Of a stretch of 64,000 nucleotides of DNA, positions 20,216 to 30,479 are shown piece after piece (position 1 is the first letter of the stretch; every line of letters begins with the position of its first letter). The notes below the pieces were generated by a model that saw nothing but the letters and a program-made list of their open reading frames with translations, had not been told where the DNA came from and ran no database searches. Made by a program: the position numbers and the translations under genes. The stretch is from NCBI GenBank assembly GCA_963790475.1, contig CAWBOS010000012.1, positions 1,408,001-1,472,000 on the forward strand. Direction: 5' to 3'. The DNA comes from an uncultured delta proteobacterium (GTDB lineage Bacteria > Desulfobacterota > RBG-13-43-22).

Positions 20216-21925
20216 ATGCAAAGAGAAAAAAAGAGATTAGGGGATATCTTAATCCAGGCCGGTATGATCACTTCGGACCAGGTGACCGTGGCCATAGAAG
20301 CCCAGAAAAAGACCAAGGAGCGTCTGGGAAAATCTTTGATCCGTCTGGGTTTTATCACCGAAGAAAATTTAATTAAAACTCTCGCCCATCAGCTCAAGCT
20401 CAATTATGTCAACCTAAAAGAAGAAAAAATAGATTCTTCGCTGGTTAAACTCATCCCCGAAAAAGTTGCCCGCAGACATTTAGTCCTCCCTCTGACCCAG
20501 ATGGGGCAGGTCCTTATGGTGGCCATGGCCGATCCCTTGAATATCTTCGCCCTGGATGATTTGGCTTTCAAGACCGGGTTGGAAATTGAACCGGTGATCG
20601 CCTCCGAACAGGATCTCCTGACCGCCCTGGATAGGTTTTATGGCACTTCTCTGATGGACAAGATCGATTCCGGCCCCGAGGATCGTCAGAGCTATGCCGT
20701 CGACGATGAGCCCCCCGAATCGGAAGTTGAAGACAACGCTATTATTGATGAAGGTCCTATCAGTCAGTTGGTCAATTTGATTATCTCCGAGGCGATCAAA
20801 GAACGATGCAGTGACATCCATCTGGAACCGGACGAAAAGGCCTTGCGAATCCGGTATCGTATTGACGGAATTTTAAAAGAAACCTCTTCTCTGGGGGCCA
20901 GATTCATCGCCCCGGTTATTTCCCGAATCAAGATTATGAGCAAGATGGATATCTCTGAAAAACGTTACCCGCAGGACGGTCGGTTTAAATTCACCTTGGA
21001 TAATAATAAAGTGATCGATTCCCGGGTTTCGACCTTCCCGACTATTTATGGGGAAAATGTGGTCATGCGAATCCTGGACCAATCGAGCATTATCATCGGT
21101 CTTGAAGAACTGGGTTTTCTCCCCCGGGATATGGAGAAGATTCGTTATCTGATCGAAAAACCTTATGGGTTTATCTTAGTTACCGGCCCCACCGGCAGCG
21201 GCAAGACTACCACCTTATATGCTATATTAAACACCATTAATTCTACGGAAAAACATATTGTTACCCTTGAAGATCCGGTGGAGTATCGTCTGGAACTGAT
21301 TCGGCAATGTCAAATCAACGTCAAGGCCGGGCTGACTTTTGCCGTGGGCTTGCGTTCTATCCTCAGGCAGGATCCGGACGGGATTATGGTGGGAGAGATT
21401 CGGGATTTTGAAACCGCTGAAATCGCCGTTCAATCCGCCCTGACCGGCCACCTGGTCCTTTCCACACTCCACACCAACGATGCCCCCAGTTCCCTGGTGC
21501 GCTTGGCCGATATGGGAGTGGACCCCTTCCTGATCTCCTCCTCCGTGGAAGGGGTCATTGCCCAACGATTAGTTCGCCTCATCTGTCCCCGCTGTAAAGA
21601 ACCCTACACCGCCTCAGCCGAAGAGCTTGCGGAGTTAAAACTTTCAGCCGACAAGGAATTGATATTGCAGCGCGGAAAGGGCTGTTCCTTTTGCAAAGGG
21701 ACCGGGTATAAGGGTCGATTGGGGATATTTGAAATATTGATCGTGGACCGGGATCTGAAAGAGATGATCCTTAGAAGGGCAAGCCAGAAGGAAATCGAAG
21801 ATTATGCCTACCGGCAACAGAAGATGAAATCCCTGCGGGAAGATGGGGTGGCCAAAGTATTGGCCGGGATAACCACCTTAGAGGAACTTAACCGGGTAAC
21901 TCCCAAGGAAGCCAAGTTTGTCTAA
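20216..21925 (+). CDS. pilB: Type IV pilus/T2SS assembly ATPase (PilB/MshE) with N-terminal MshEN c-di-GMP-binding domain
   Basis: Tandem RLGxxLIxxGxI motifs, GPTGSGKT, TLEDPVEY, LRQDPD, GHLVLSTLHTND and CxxC...CxxC. Confidence 0.92.
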   Translation: MQREKKRLGDILIQAGMITSDQVTVAIEAQKKTKERLGKSLIRLGFITEENLIKTLAHQLKLNYVNLKEEKIDSSLVKLIPEKVARRHLVLPLTQMGQVLMVAMADPLNIFALDDLAFKTGLEIEPVIASEQDLLTALDRFYGTSLMDKIDSGPEDRQSYAVDDEPPESEVEDNAIIDEGPISQLVNLIISEAIKERCSDIHLEPDEKALRIRYRIDGILKETSSLGARFIAPVISRIKIMSKMDISEKRYPQDGRFKFTLDNNKVIDSRVSTFPTIYGENVVMRILDQSSIIIGLEELGFLPRDMEKIRYLIEKPYGFILVTGPTGSGKTTTLYAILNTINSTEKHIVTLEDPVEYRLELIRQCQINVKAGLTFAVGLRSILRQDPDGIMVGEIRDFETAEIAVQSALTGHLVLSTLHTNDAPSSLVRLADMGVDPFLISSSVEGVIAQRLVRLICPRCKEPYTASAEELAELKLSADKELILQRGKGCSFCKGTGYKGRLGIFEILIVDRDLKEMILRRASQKEIEDYAYRQQKMKSLREDGVAKVLAGITTLEELNRVTPKEAKFV

Positions 21926-22347
21926 ATATTTTTCAGGCAAACCCCTTTTTCTTCCTGGATGTTTTCCAGGACCTTGGTCATATTCTTTTCATCTTGAAAT
22001 TCTTCAAAGTGTTTCAAGAAAAGAGGTTTCACTTTGGGAAAATCCGATTCCTGAAAAAATCGGGTTACGGGGACGAGGACTCCTTCATTCTTCAGAAAGA
22101 AATAGAGGGTGACCTTTTGGACCGCTATCCCGTCGAGACGGCCCAGGCGGTCTTTTTTTCGGTCAAATTCTTCCTGGGGCAACCAGAGGAAGATTTCTTC
22201 TTTGGAAACGGTAAAATTATATTGCCGGGAAATATAATACTTCCATAATTCAAACTCCTGATAGGGGATGAAGCGGGTTTCGGGTTTGTTTTTTGCCCCC
22301 TTTTTTTTGGTAAGGAGACATCGGACCAGTTTTATGGCATTTTTCAT
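21922..22347 (-). CDS. Hypothetical protein (141 aa)
   Basis: ORF with RBS gcggagg and plausible composition; no recognised motif. Confidence 0.6.
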   Translation of the reverse strand: MKNAIKLVRCLLTKKKGAKNKPETRFIPYQEFELWKYYISRQYNFTVSKEEIFLWLPQEEFDRKKDRLGRLDGIAVQKVTLYFFLKNEGVLVPVTRFFQESDFPKVKPLFLKHFEEFQDEKNMTKVLENIQEEKGVCLKNI

Positions 22348-22424
22348 AAGAGTTCCTCCGCTTAAGAATTATTTAACATATCTTAACCCTTTATTTCAAG
22401 GATTTAATTTGATTAGACAAGGCG

Positions 22425-23694
22425 ATGCCTCAATTCTTCTATAAGGCCAGAGATCGAGGGGGAAAACTCATTACCGGCGAGATGGAAGGGCCTAATCGGG
22501 GCGACATCGCCGGCCGAATCGGGGGCATGGGCTATATCCCGGTATTAATACAAGCGACGGCCGTTAAGAACCCCCTCATCCCGACCGGAGCTAAAGAAGC
22601 GCCGGGCTTGGGCAAGGAGATTTCCTTTGCCTTTTTGGATAAATTCAGAAAAGTAAAACCGAAAGAACTGCTGTTTTTCACCAGCCAATTAGCCACCATA
22701 ATCCGGGCGGGAATACCTATTACCACGGGACTATCGATCCTGGCGGAACAGTCGAAGAACCCCATACTCAGCAATGCGGTCCTGGACGTGTTGGAACGGG
22801 TCAAAGAAGGGAGACCCCCTATCCGACGCCCTGGCCCGTCATCCCAAGATATTTACAGAAATTTATATCCAGATGGTGCGGGCCGGAGAGGCCTCCGGAA
22901 AGCTGGAAGAGGTCCTTAACCGTATCGGTTCTTTTTTAGAATACGATATGGAAACAAAGGCCCGTATAAAATCGGCTACCCGATACCCCAAGATGGTTTT
23001 CGGGGCCTTGATCGGGGCCTTCCTTTTTGCCATCTATTTTATTATTCCCAATTTTATGGGTTTATTTAAAAGCTTTAAGACAACCCTGCCCCTCCCCACC
23101 CGAATGATGTTGGGTTTGCATTATGTTTTTTCCAACTATTGGTATCTGATATTCGGGGTCATGGGGGCGGTTATCGGCGGATTTCAATGGTACATTCGAA
23201 CCGAAGCGGGTCTTTCTCAATGGGACCTGGTTAAAACCCGATTCCCGATTATGGGGCCGGTTTTTTTGCGAATTTTTATGTCCCGGTTTACCCGTATGTT
23301 TGTGACCCTGAACCGCAGCGGCCTGCCTATGCTGGAAACCCTGTCGATTGCCGCCTCGACCGTGGGAAATGTTTATATCTCCAATATTATCATGAGCATC
23401 CGACAATCGGTCAAGGATGGGGGGACGTTATCGGCGAAAATGAAAGACAAAGCCATATTCCCGCCCTTGGTCTATCAGATGTTCGCCGTGGGGGAGTCTT
23501 CCGGCACCCTGGATGAAATTGTGGAAAAGGTTTCGGAGTTTTATGACAAGGAAGTGGACAATGCCGTAAAAAACCTTTCTTCCCTTATTGAGCCGATCAT
23601 GATCCTTTTTATGGGAGCCATGATGCTTTTTCTGGCCTTAGCCATCTTTATGCCCATGTGGGATATGGCCAAATTGGCCAAAGGGGGGGGATAG
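22425..23694 (+). CDS. pilC: Type II secretion F-family platform protein (PilC/MshG); frameshift in C5 run ~22815
   Basis: FFYKARD start, QLATIIRAGIP, AGEASGKL, GESSGTL and EPIM motifs. Confidence 0.88.
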
Positions 23695-23929
23695 AATATT
23701 TCTATTGAAAACTGGGTAGAAATATGAAAAAATAATTTTCCAATTCCGGGTAAAATACCATAGCATCCATGTGGTATTAGGCAGTATCACGATAGGGAAA
23801 ACTTTTCCCTTTAAAAATCTCCTAACCTCCAGGTGGATTACGGAATACAAGGATAAAGGGGGGAGTCTGACGATTGAGAATTAAATGTGGTTTGAAAAAT
23901 ATAACTTTTGATTCTAAGGAGGTGAGAAC

Positions 23930-24286
23930 ATGATTAAAAATCAAAAAGGTTTCACGCTCATTGAGTTGATCATCGTCATCGTGATCATTGGTATCTTGGC
24001 CGCCGTTGCCATCCCAAGGTACGTCGATATGCGGAACCAGGCCCAAGTTGCCGCTGCCGACGGTATAACCGGAAATTTACGGGCTGCAGCCGGTATTTGT
24101 TATGCGGATTATGCAGTCAACGCCTCAGCTGTTGCCAATATCAACGCTACCACGGTTCTCGGTTACATGTCGGACAGGGGCTCGGTGACGGCTTCGTCGG
24201 GCACCCAGTTTCAGGCGACCATCGGGTCCGTGAGCTATACCTGGACCTTTACTAACCCGAGCACCGTTACCAAACACACTCCATAG
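23930..24286 (+). CDS. Major type IV pilin (MshA-like)
   Basis: Strong RBS aaggaggtg, class III signal [13 protein letters not shown]; followed by a terminator. Confidence 0.88.
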   Translation: MIKNQKGFTLIELIIVIVIIGILAAVAIPRYVDMRNQAQVAAADGITGNLRAAAGICYADYAVNASAVANINATTVLGYMSDRGSVTASSGTQFQATIGSVSYTWTFTNPSTVTKHTP

Positions 24287-24303
24287 GTTTTATCAAGGAG
24301 GAT

Positions 24304-24341
24304 AAAAAGGGCCGTATTAATTATAACACGGCCCTTTTTTT
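24304..24341 (+). terminator. Intrinsic terminator after the pilin gene
   Basis: aaaaaGGGCCGT-N12-ACGGCCC-T7. Confidence 0.8.
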
Positions 24342-26765
24342 ATGAATAAAGATAGAGGCACCCCTACACTTTTGCTATTAGGGTTCACAGGCGTCATCTT
24401 CCTTTATTTTTTTGAGGCCTTGATTCAATCCAAGTTGATGGTTGAGCGGGACCTGCCCATCTTTTTTTTCCCAAACCTTAAGCTATGGGTTGAGGCCGTT
24501 AAAGCCGGGGAGTTGCCTCTTTGGAATCCCTATTCTTTTTCCGGCCAACCCCTTTTTGCTTCCCTGCAGACCAGCATCCTTTATCCGCCGAATGTACTTC
24601 TTCTGATACTACCCATCCGTTTTGCCTTTAATCTGACTATTGTCCTGCACTTTTTTCTATCCGGCTGGTTTGTGTATCTCCTCTGCCGGGAAATCGGAGG
24701 CAGCCGTACGGCGGGGGTCCTGGCCTGTCTTTCCTTTAGCCTGGGCGGATTTCTCCTTTCCATCCATAATGTCTTAAATACCTTGCAATCGGTGACCTGG
24801 ACCCCTTTGATACTTTTTTTCTTCTTGCGTGCTCTTCGTCAGCGTTCCTGGAAATACCCCCTCCTTTCCATCCTGGCCATTCTAGTCCAATTCTTGGGAG
24901 GAGGGATAGAAGCCTTTATTTTGACACAGGTTTTGCTTCTCTTTTTGGCCTTCTTTCCCCAGTCCCTTTTGCCCGAGGACCGCTATGTCGCCTGGAAAGG
25001 GCGTCTGGGAACGATCGTCGTGATTGATCTGCTGTTTCTTGGATTAGGGGCGGTTCAAATCATCCCTTTTTGGGAAATGGCTCGAAATTCGATTCGCCAG
25101 TTTGGATTTTCTTTTCAAGAGGCGACCATGTGGTCTATGGGATGGAGGGATTTGCTGTATGTTTTTATTCCGGATTTATTTTGGCGTGGTAACGAATATT
25201 ACCAAACAGATCAGAATTATCTCAAAAGCATTTATCTGGGGATTATTCCCTTCCTGATGGTCCTTTTCTATTTTTGGGGAAAAGATCGAAGAAAAGTGTG
25301 GTTCGGTTTTTTTATCGGGGTTTCCTTGCTTCTGGCCCTGGGGGAAAATACCCCTTTGTATCGATGGCTTTTTATCATTGTCCCCGGTTTTAATACCATT
25401 CGCTATCCGGTTAAAATATTTTTTATGACCAATCTGTTTATTTGTCTGTTGACGGGTTTGGGTTGGGACGCCTTATCGGAACGTCTTAAAAGAGATCCTC
25501 GGGAAAAGCTTTTTCTTTTTAAAAAAATTTCCCTCCTCGCGGCTTTTTTTTTCGCTCTGATCTTGTTGAGCTTTTCTCTTTTCCGAAGCCCTTTACTGCT
25601 CTTTTTTGAGCGTTCCTTTCCCATCGGTTATGCCCGGCCATGGGGATTAAACTTCCATAACCTGGAACGATTTTCCTTCTTTGCCCTGCTGATTTTCCTT
25701 TTTTCCGTTTTTTTAGCGGATCGGAAGATTTCCATTAAATGGGGGCAGGCCATTGGGGTAATCCTTCTGACCCTGGATCTTTTCCTGGCCAATTGGGGTT
25801 TTTACCGGCTGGTCGACCAAAAGACTTTTTATTCGCTCAGTCCCAATTTGCAAGCCGTTTTGTCCAATCCGGAAAAAGGCCGTATTTATGTCGATCCTTT
25901 AATGATCAAAACAAAGACAACCCAGAAAGTGAGAATGGAAGAATTAACCTATTTGGTCCTTAAAGAATGTTTTTATTTTGATTATCCTTTAATTCACCAA
26001 ATCTATAACGCTGCCGGTTTCGGGGTATTGACCTATCGACCCTACCAGGATCTCTTGGACGTTCTTAAGGAGAAGGCTTCTTATCCCGGGGGTAGGGATA
26101 TCTTACGGTTGATGCAGGTAAAATACATTCTCTGGCACGAGGCGATTGAAGATCCGGCCCTACAACTGATTCGTAAGGGGGAATCCTACGATGTCATCCC
26201 GGAAGTGCTTCCAGCAACAACCCTGCTTCAACCGCCCCATTATAAGAAGGTGACGGCCCATTTGTATGAAAATAAGGAGAGGCTGCCCAAGGCCTTTCTG
26301 GTCGCTAAATATCTTCTGGTCAAGGACCCAAAATCGAGAATTGATTTGTTAAAAAGCAAAGGTTTTGACCCGACCCGGACCCTGCTTCTGGAAGAAGTCC
26401 CTGAGTCTCCCCACCCTGGCGGAGGATCCGGAACGGATGTCGACAGTGTTCAGATCTCAAAATACACCTTGAATCGGATTGAACTCAAGGCTTTCTGCAA
26501 TGGGCCGCGTTTTCTTTTTCTGAGCGAAACCTATTATCCCGGCTGGCAAGTTCGGATTGACGGCCAAAAGGGAAAAATATATCGGGCCGATCATACCTTT
26601 CGGGCAGTGCCCCTTGGCCCGGGTCGGCATAATATTGTCCTCCAGTATCGACCTTTTTCATTTTATTTTGGCCTCCTGATCAGTATCCTGACCGGGGCAG
26701 GCTTGGTGGTCTTCGGTTTCTTTATTAAAAAGAAATCGGCAGGCATAAATAATCGGGAGGAATAG
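24342..26765 (+). CDS. YfhO-like multi-TM membrane protein (GT-C fold glycosyltransferase candidate)
   Basis: PLWNPYSFSGQP, YPPN, YLGIIP, IRYP and C-terminal SETYYPGW...FRAV motifs typical of the YfhO family. Confidence 0.8.
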   Translation: MNKDRGTPTLLLLGFTGVIFLYFFEALIQSKLMVERDLPIFFFPNLKLWVEAVKAGELPLWNPYSFSGQPLFASLQTSILYPPNVLLLILPIRFAFNLTIVLHFFLSGWFVYLLCREIGGSRTAGVLACLSFSLGGFLLSIHNVLNTLQSVTWTPLILFFFLRALRQRSWKYPLLSILAILVQFLGGGIEAFILTQVLLLFLAFFPQSLLPEDRYVAWKGRLGTIVVIDLLFLGLGAVQIIPFWEMARNSIRQFGFSFQEATMWSMGWRDLLYVFIPDLFWRGNEYYQTDQNYLKSIYLGIIPFLMVLFYFWGKDRRKVWFGFFIGVSLLLALGENTPLYRWLFIIVPGFNTIRYPVKIFFMTNLFICLLTGLGWDALSERLKRDPREKLFLFKKISLLAAFFFALILLSFSLFRSPLLLFFERSFPIGYARPWGLNFHNLERFSFFALLIFLFSVFLADRKISIKWGQAIGVILLTLDLFLANWGFYRLVDQKTFYSLSPNLQAVLSNPEKGRIYVDPLMIKTKTTQKVRMEELTYLVLKECFYFDYPLIHQIYNAAGFGVLTYRPYQDLLDVLKEKASYPGGRDILRLMQVKYILWHEAIEDPALQLIRKGESYDVIPEVLPATTLLQPPHYKKVTAHLYENKERLPKAFLVAKYLLVKDPKSRIDLLKSKGFDPTRTLLLEEVPESPHPGGGSGTDVDSVQISKYTLNRIELKAFCNGPRFLFLSETYYPGWQVRIDGQKGKIYRADHTFRAVPLGPGRHNIVLQYRPFSFYFGLLISILTGAGLVVFGFFIKKKSAGINNREE

Positions 26766-26766
26766 G

Positions 26767-28866
26767 ATGCCCATCCATAACTTGAAGTTGTTTGCCATTA
26801 GTTTGGTCATGCTCTTTTTGGAAATCCTGTTGATACGCTGGATATCGACCGAAGTGAGGATCTTTGCTTATGTGGGTAATCTGGTTTTACTGGCCTGCTT
26901 TCTGGGAATCGGGGTCGGCTGCTTTTTCTCGAAAAAGAAAGAGAACCTTCTGATCACCATCGGCATGTTGCTTTTAACTGTTCTTGCCGTGCGATCCGAA
27001 CCCTTTCGGCACATAACCGATATGCTAAGCGGATTTTCCGATTCCGTCATATGGTATCAGGCCATTAGGACGAGAAATTTCGTTCCCGCCTTGCAGGGTA
27101 CGGCATTAACCCTTTTTATGTTTTTGATGATTCTGATCGGTTTTATTCCTATAGGGCAAATATTGGGGCGTCTGTTGGATGAGCACCCTAATATTATTGA
27201 AGGCTATTCCGTCAATGTCGGGGCCAGTTTGATCGGTATCTGGACCTTTAACCTCTTTGCCCTATACTATACCAAGCCCTGGCTTTGGTTCATTTTCTGC
27301 CTTGTTGTTATCTTTTTTTTCATACCCCGCTCCAAGGCTAATTTCTTTTTAGCCGGGATGGCATCCATACTGATCCTCCTGGTGGTTGGGATAACTAACC
27401 CCAATGTCCTGACGATGTGGAGCCCTTATCAGAAATTGGATGTCGCTCCCAATCAGGTCTTTGGCCTCCCCAATGGGTTTGTCGTCAACGTGAACAATGT
27501 CGGTTACATGTCCTTATTAAATCTTTCCGATGATTTTATTAATAAATTCCCTCTTATTTATAAACCCTCATTAAGGAAATTCAGCCAGTACGAGTTACCT
27601 TATGCCTTCTCGGAAAAACGCGATTCGGCATTAATTGTCGGGGCTGGTGGAGGAAATGATGTGGCCGGGGCCTTGCGAAATGGCTTGAAAGAAATCGATG
27701 CCGTGGAAATCGATCCGGGTATTATCCAATTAGGCCTAGCCCTTCATCCGGAGCGCCCTTATGAACAAAAAAAAGTTAAGATACACATAGACGACGCCCG
27801 GGCCTTTTTCAAAAAGACGAATAAAAAATACGATGTGATTTCTTTCGGCCTTCTGGATTCCCACACCCTGTCTTCCAACTATAACAACACCCGTTTGGAT
27901 CATTATGTCTATACCGAAGAAAGCTTCAAAGAAGCTCGAAGTCTTCTTAAGTCAGATGGGGTTCTTTCGGTAATTTTTGCCACCCAAACCCAATGGATAG
28001 GAGAAAGGATATACGGGCTTTTGAAAAAGAATTTTGGGGAGGTGCCTTATACTTTTGTTGTTAACAGCCCTGGGAACAGTTATGGCTGGGGAGGGGTTAT
28101 GTTCCTGACCGGAAATAATATCGAGGCCTTAAAAAAGAGGGTTGAATCGAACCCGGAATTGAAGGATTTTGTCACAAAAAACCAGGTCTCTTTTCCAGGA
28201 CCGGTTCGTTTAACTTCCGATGACTGGCCTTATCTCTATATCGAAAAAGCCTCCATTCCCCGGATGTACTGGCTTATCATGGGTTCCTTATTGATTTTGT
28301 TTTTAATGGCCCGGAGATTCATTTTTACGGCCGAGGGGGGCCGGATCAATCTCCATTTTTTCTTTTTAGGGTGCGCCTTTCTTTTGCTGGAGTTCCAGAA
28401 TGTCAGCAAAGCCACCCTGCTTTTCGGGTCCACCTGGATTGTCAATTCCTACATCATTTCCTCCATCCTTATATTGATTTTGTTGGCCAATCTTTTGGTG
28501 GCCTATGTAAAAGTCCAACAGAGTCTCCCTTTTTATATCCTGCTCTGGGTTTCGGTCGTTCTCCTTTACTTCATTCCGTTGGATATCTTTAACGCCTTCG
28601 GCTTTTGGGCCAAGGCCATACTGGCCACGCTGTTTCTCAATCTGCCCATCTTTTTTGCCGGGATTATTTATATCCTGTCTTTCAAAGATGCACCGGCCAA
28701 GGACCTGGCCTTGGGGTCAAACCTGATCGGAGCTGCTTTCGGGGGATTATTGGAATCTTTATCTTTCATAACCGGGATTAAGGCCCTATTGTTGATGGTC
28801 TTATTGCTCTACGTCCTCTCTTTTATCTTTTTGTACAAAGGAAGACCTAAGACTATTCAAGGCTGA
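26767..28866 (+). CDS. Membrane protein with central spermidine-synthase-like SAM-binding domain
   Basis: N- and C-terminal TM bundles around WSPYQK, IVGAGGGND, VEIDP, DDAR and TSDDWPYLY. Confidence 0.8.
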   Translation: MPIHNLKLFAISLVMLFLEILLIRWISTEVRIFAYVGNLVLLACFLGIGVGCFFSKKKENLLITIGMLLLTVLAVRSEPFRHITDMLSGFSDSVIWYQAIRTRNFVPALQGTALTLFMFLMILIGFIPIGQILGRLLDEHPNIIEGYSVNVGASLIGIWTFNLFALYYTKPWLWFIFCLVVIFFFIPRSKANFFLAGMASILILLVVGITNPNVLTMWSPYQKLDVAPNQVFGLPNGFVVNVNNVGYMSLLNLSDDFINKFPLIYKPSLRKFSQYELPYAFSEKRDSALIVGAGGGNDVAGALRNGLKEIDAVEIDPGIIQLGLALHPERPYEQKKVKIHIDDARAFFKKTNKKYDVISFGLLDSHTLSSNYNNTRLDHYVYTEESFKEARSLLKSDGVLSVIFATQTQWIGERIYGLLKKNFGEVPYTFVVNSPGNSYGWGGVMFLTGNNIEALKKRVESNPELKDFVTKNQVSFPGPVRLTSDDWPYLYIEKASIPRMYWLIMGSLLILFLMARRFIFTAEGGRINLHFFFLGCAFLLLEFQNVSKATLLFGSTWIVNSYIISSILILILLANLLVAYVKVQQSLPFYILLWVSVVLLYFIPLDIFNAFGFWAKAILATLFLNLPIFFAGIIYILSFKDAPAKDLALGSNLIGAAFGGLLESLSFITGIKALLLMVLLLYVLSFIFLYKGRPKTIQG

Positions 28867-29042
28867 TGAAGGTTTTATGATCTTAGGGTTGTTGAGTGGG
28901 GTACGGTTTTCTGATAAGCAGGCTCTTCCAAAAAATAGTCCCATTGCCGGTGAACATTACCCTTTGGGGGATATATCAAAAGAGAAAACCGCATGGGCAT
29001 CCGGGAAAAGGGAAGACAGGATATTCGACCCTTCGGAGTCCC

Positions 29043-30477
29043 TTATTTTTCCTCCAGAAAGAAATGTGCGACCTGGACCCCAAGTTGGGAGGGCAGGATA
29101 CCCTTGACGATCTTCAACGGGGTGAAGGTATCCTTCATGATCCGGTCTGACAGGGAAATCGTTTCTCCACGGGTCAGTCCGCCCTCGCCGTCGTCACTAA
29201 GAATTTGAACCTTAGGCAGGTCCTTGTGGGGACTCGTCGGGATAGTCCATAACCAGTGCTGTTCGGCCATCATTTAATTCCACTAAAGAGCCAACAGGAT
29301 AAATCCCCATCATGGTGATGAAGCTCTTCAATAAAATAGGATCAAAACTTTTTCCGATTTCGCTCCACATCTTCCTCAGGGCCTCATCGGGAGTGAAAGA
29401 TCTTGGACGATAGGCACGACTCGCGGTCAGGGCCTCATAGACATCGGCGATACGAAGGATTTTCCCTGTAAGACTCAGGTTCTTCGTAAAATGTATTTTT
29501 GGGTATCCGGTCATGTCGGGATTCAAGTGATGTTCAAAAGGACCCAGGATAATTTTTGACCTCATCGCTTTATTGGCATTCAGTTTCAAAATCTTCCTCA
29601 CACCGAGAAGCGGGTGACTTCGCATGCTTTTCCATTCCTCTGCGTTCAACTCACCCCGCTTAAGAAGGACCTTCTTGGAAACTTCAACCTTTCCCAGATC
29701 ATGAAAAAGTCCGCATAGGCAAAGATGCTCCAGAGCAACCTTAGACATGCCGATATGTCTTCCAAGACAGGTCGCCAGGAGGGAAACATTGACCGAATGG
29801 ATATAGGTATAATCATCATAGGCTTTGATGGTCGCAAGTCCGAGTACCAGCGATTGATCTTCCCGAACAAGATCTACAATGGTTTGGGCCAGACGTCTTA
29901 CCTTGCGGACTCCGGCTATTTCCTGTGATGTCTTATCGGCCACCTCTTTTATCGAGGCCAGGGCATACTGGTAGGCTTTTTTGCTCCTTTCCCGACGTTT
30001 CAAATCGCCATCTTTCAGATCGCTCTCTTGTTTCTTAAGGACCTGTACCCAGGACAGCACCTGGCCTTGAAGTCTTTGGTCCAGCCAGCCAAAAGGATCC
30101 TCCTGTTTTGCCGAAACATCAAGAAGACGAATAAACTTCAAGAGGTTTTCGCCTGAAACCTTCCTGGAATTCGTAAAGAACTGAAGACCGCCTAATCCCC
30201 TCCTGGAAAAGTATTCCATCATTTCATTAATGATGCTGACGGTTTCTCTTCTAAAGGGGAGTTTTTCTCCGCCTATATGGAACCTTCCCCGCCAGATCTG
30301 AATTTGAAGATCTTCTGCCCGAGTCATCTCATCGAGAATATATTTGAATTTTGCCAGGCACTCCTTGGTCAATTGGTTGTTATCATTATATACCTTTGCC
30401 GTTTGGATAAGATGATATAATGCCTTCAGGAAGGTCATTCCGGGGTCTTCCAAATGGGTTATATTTTTATTCAACAT
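29043..30477 (-). CDS. HD-GYP c-di-GMP phosphodiesterase (frameshift ~29225)
   Basis: HSVNV, HDLGK, EHH...TGYP, IADVYEALT...RAYR and GIYPVGSLV motifs; the C-terminus continues in ORF 29043-29273. Confidence 0.88.
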
Positions 30478-30479
30478 GT

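Noticed and set aside
23700-23929. c-di-GMP riboswitch upstream of the pilin
   Set aside because: Only short hairpins (AATACCA/TGGTATT, AGGGAAAA/TTTTCCCT); no GEMM consensus recognisable.
23930-24286. Major pilin as an electrically conductive e-pilin
   Set aside because: Only 9 of 111 mature residues are F/Y/W, position 27 is Met and the context is MSHA-like.
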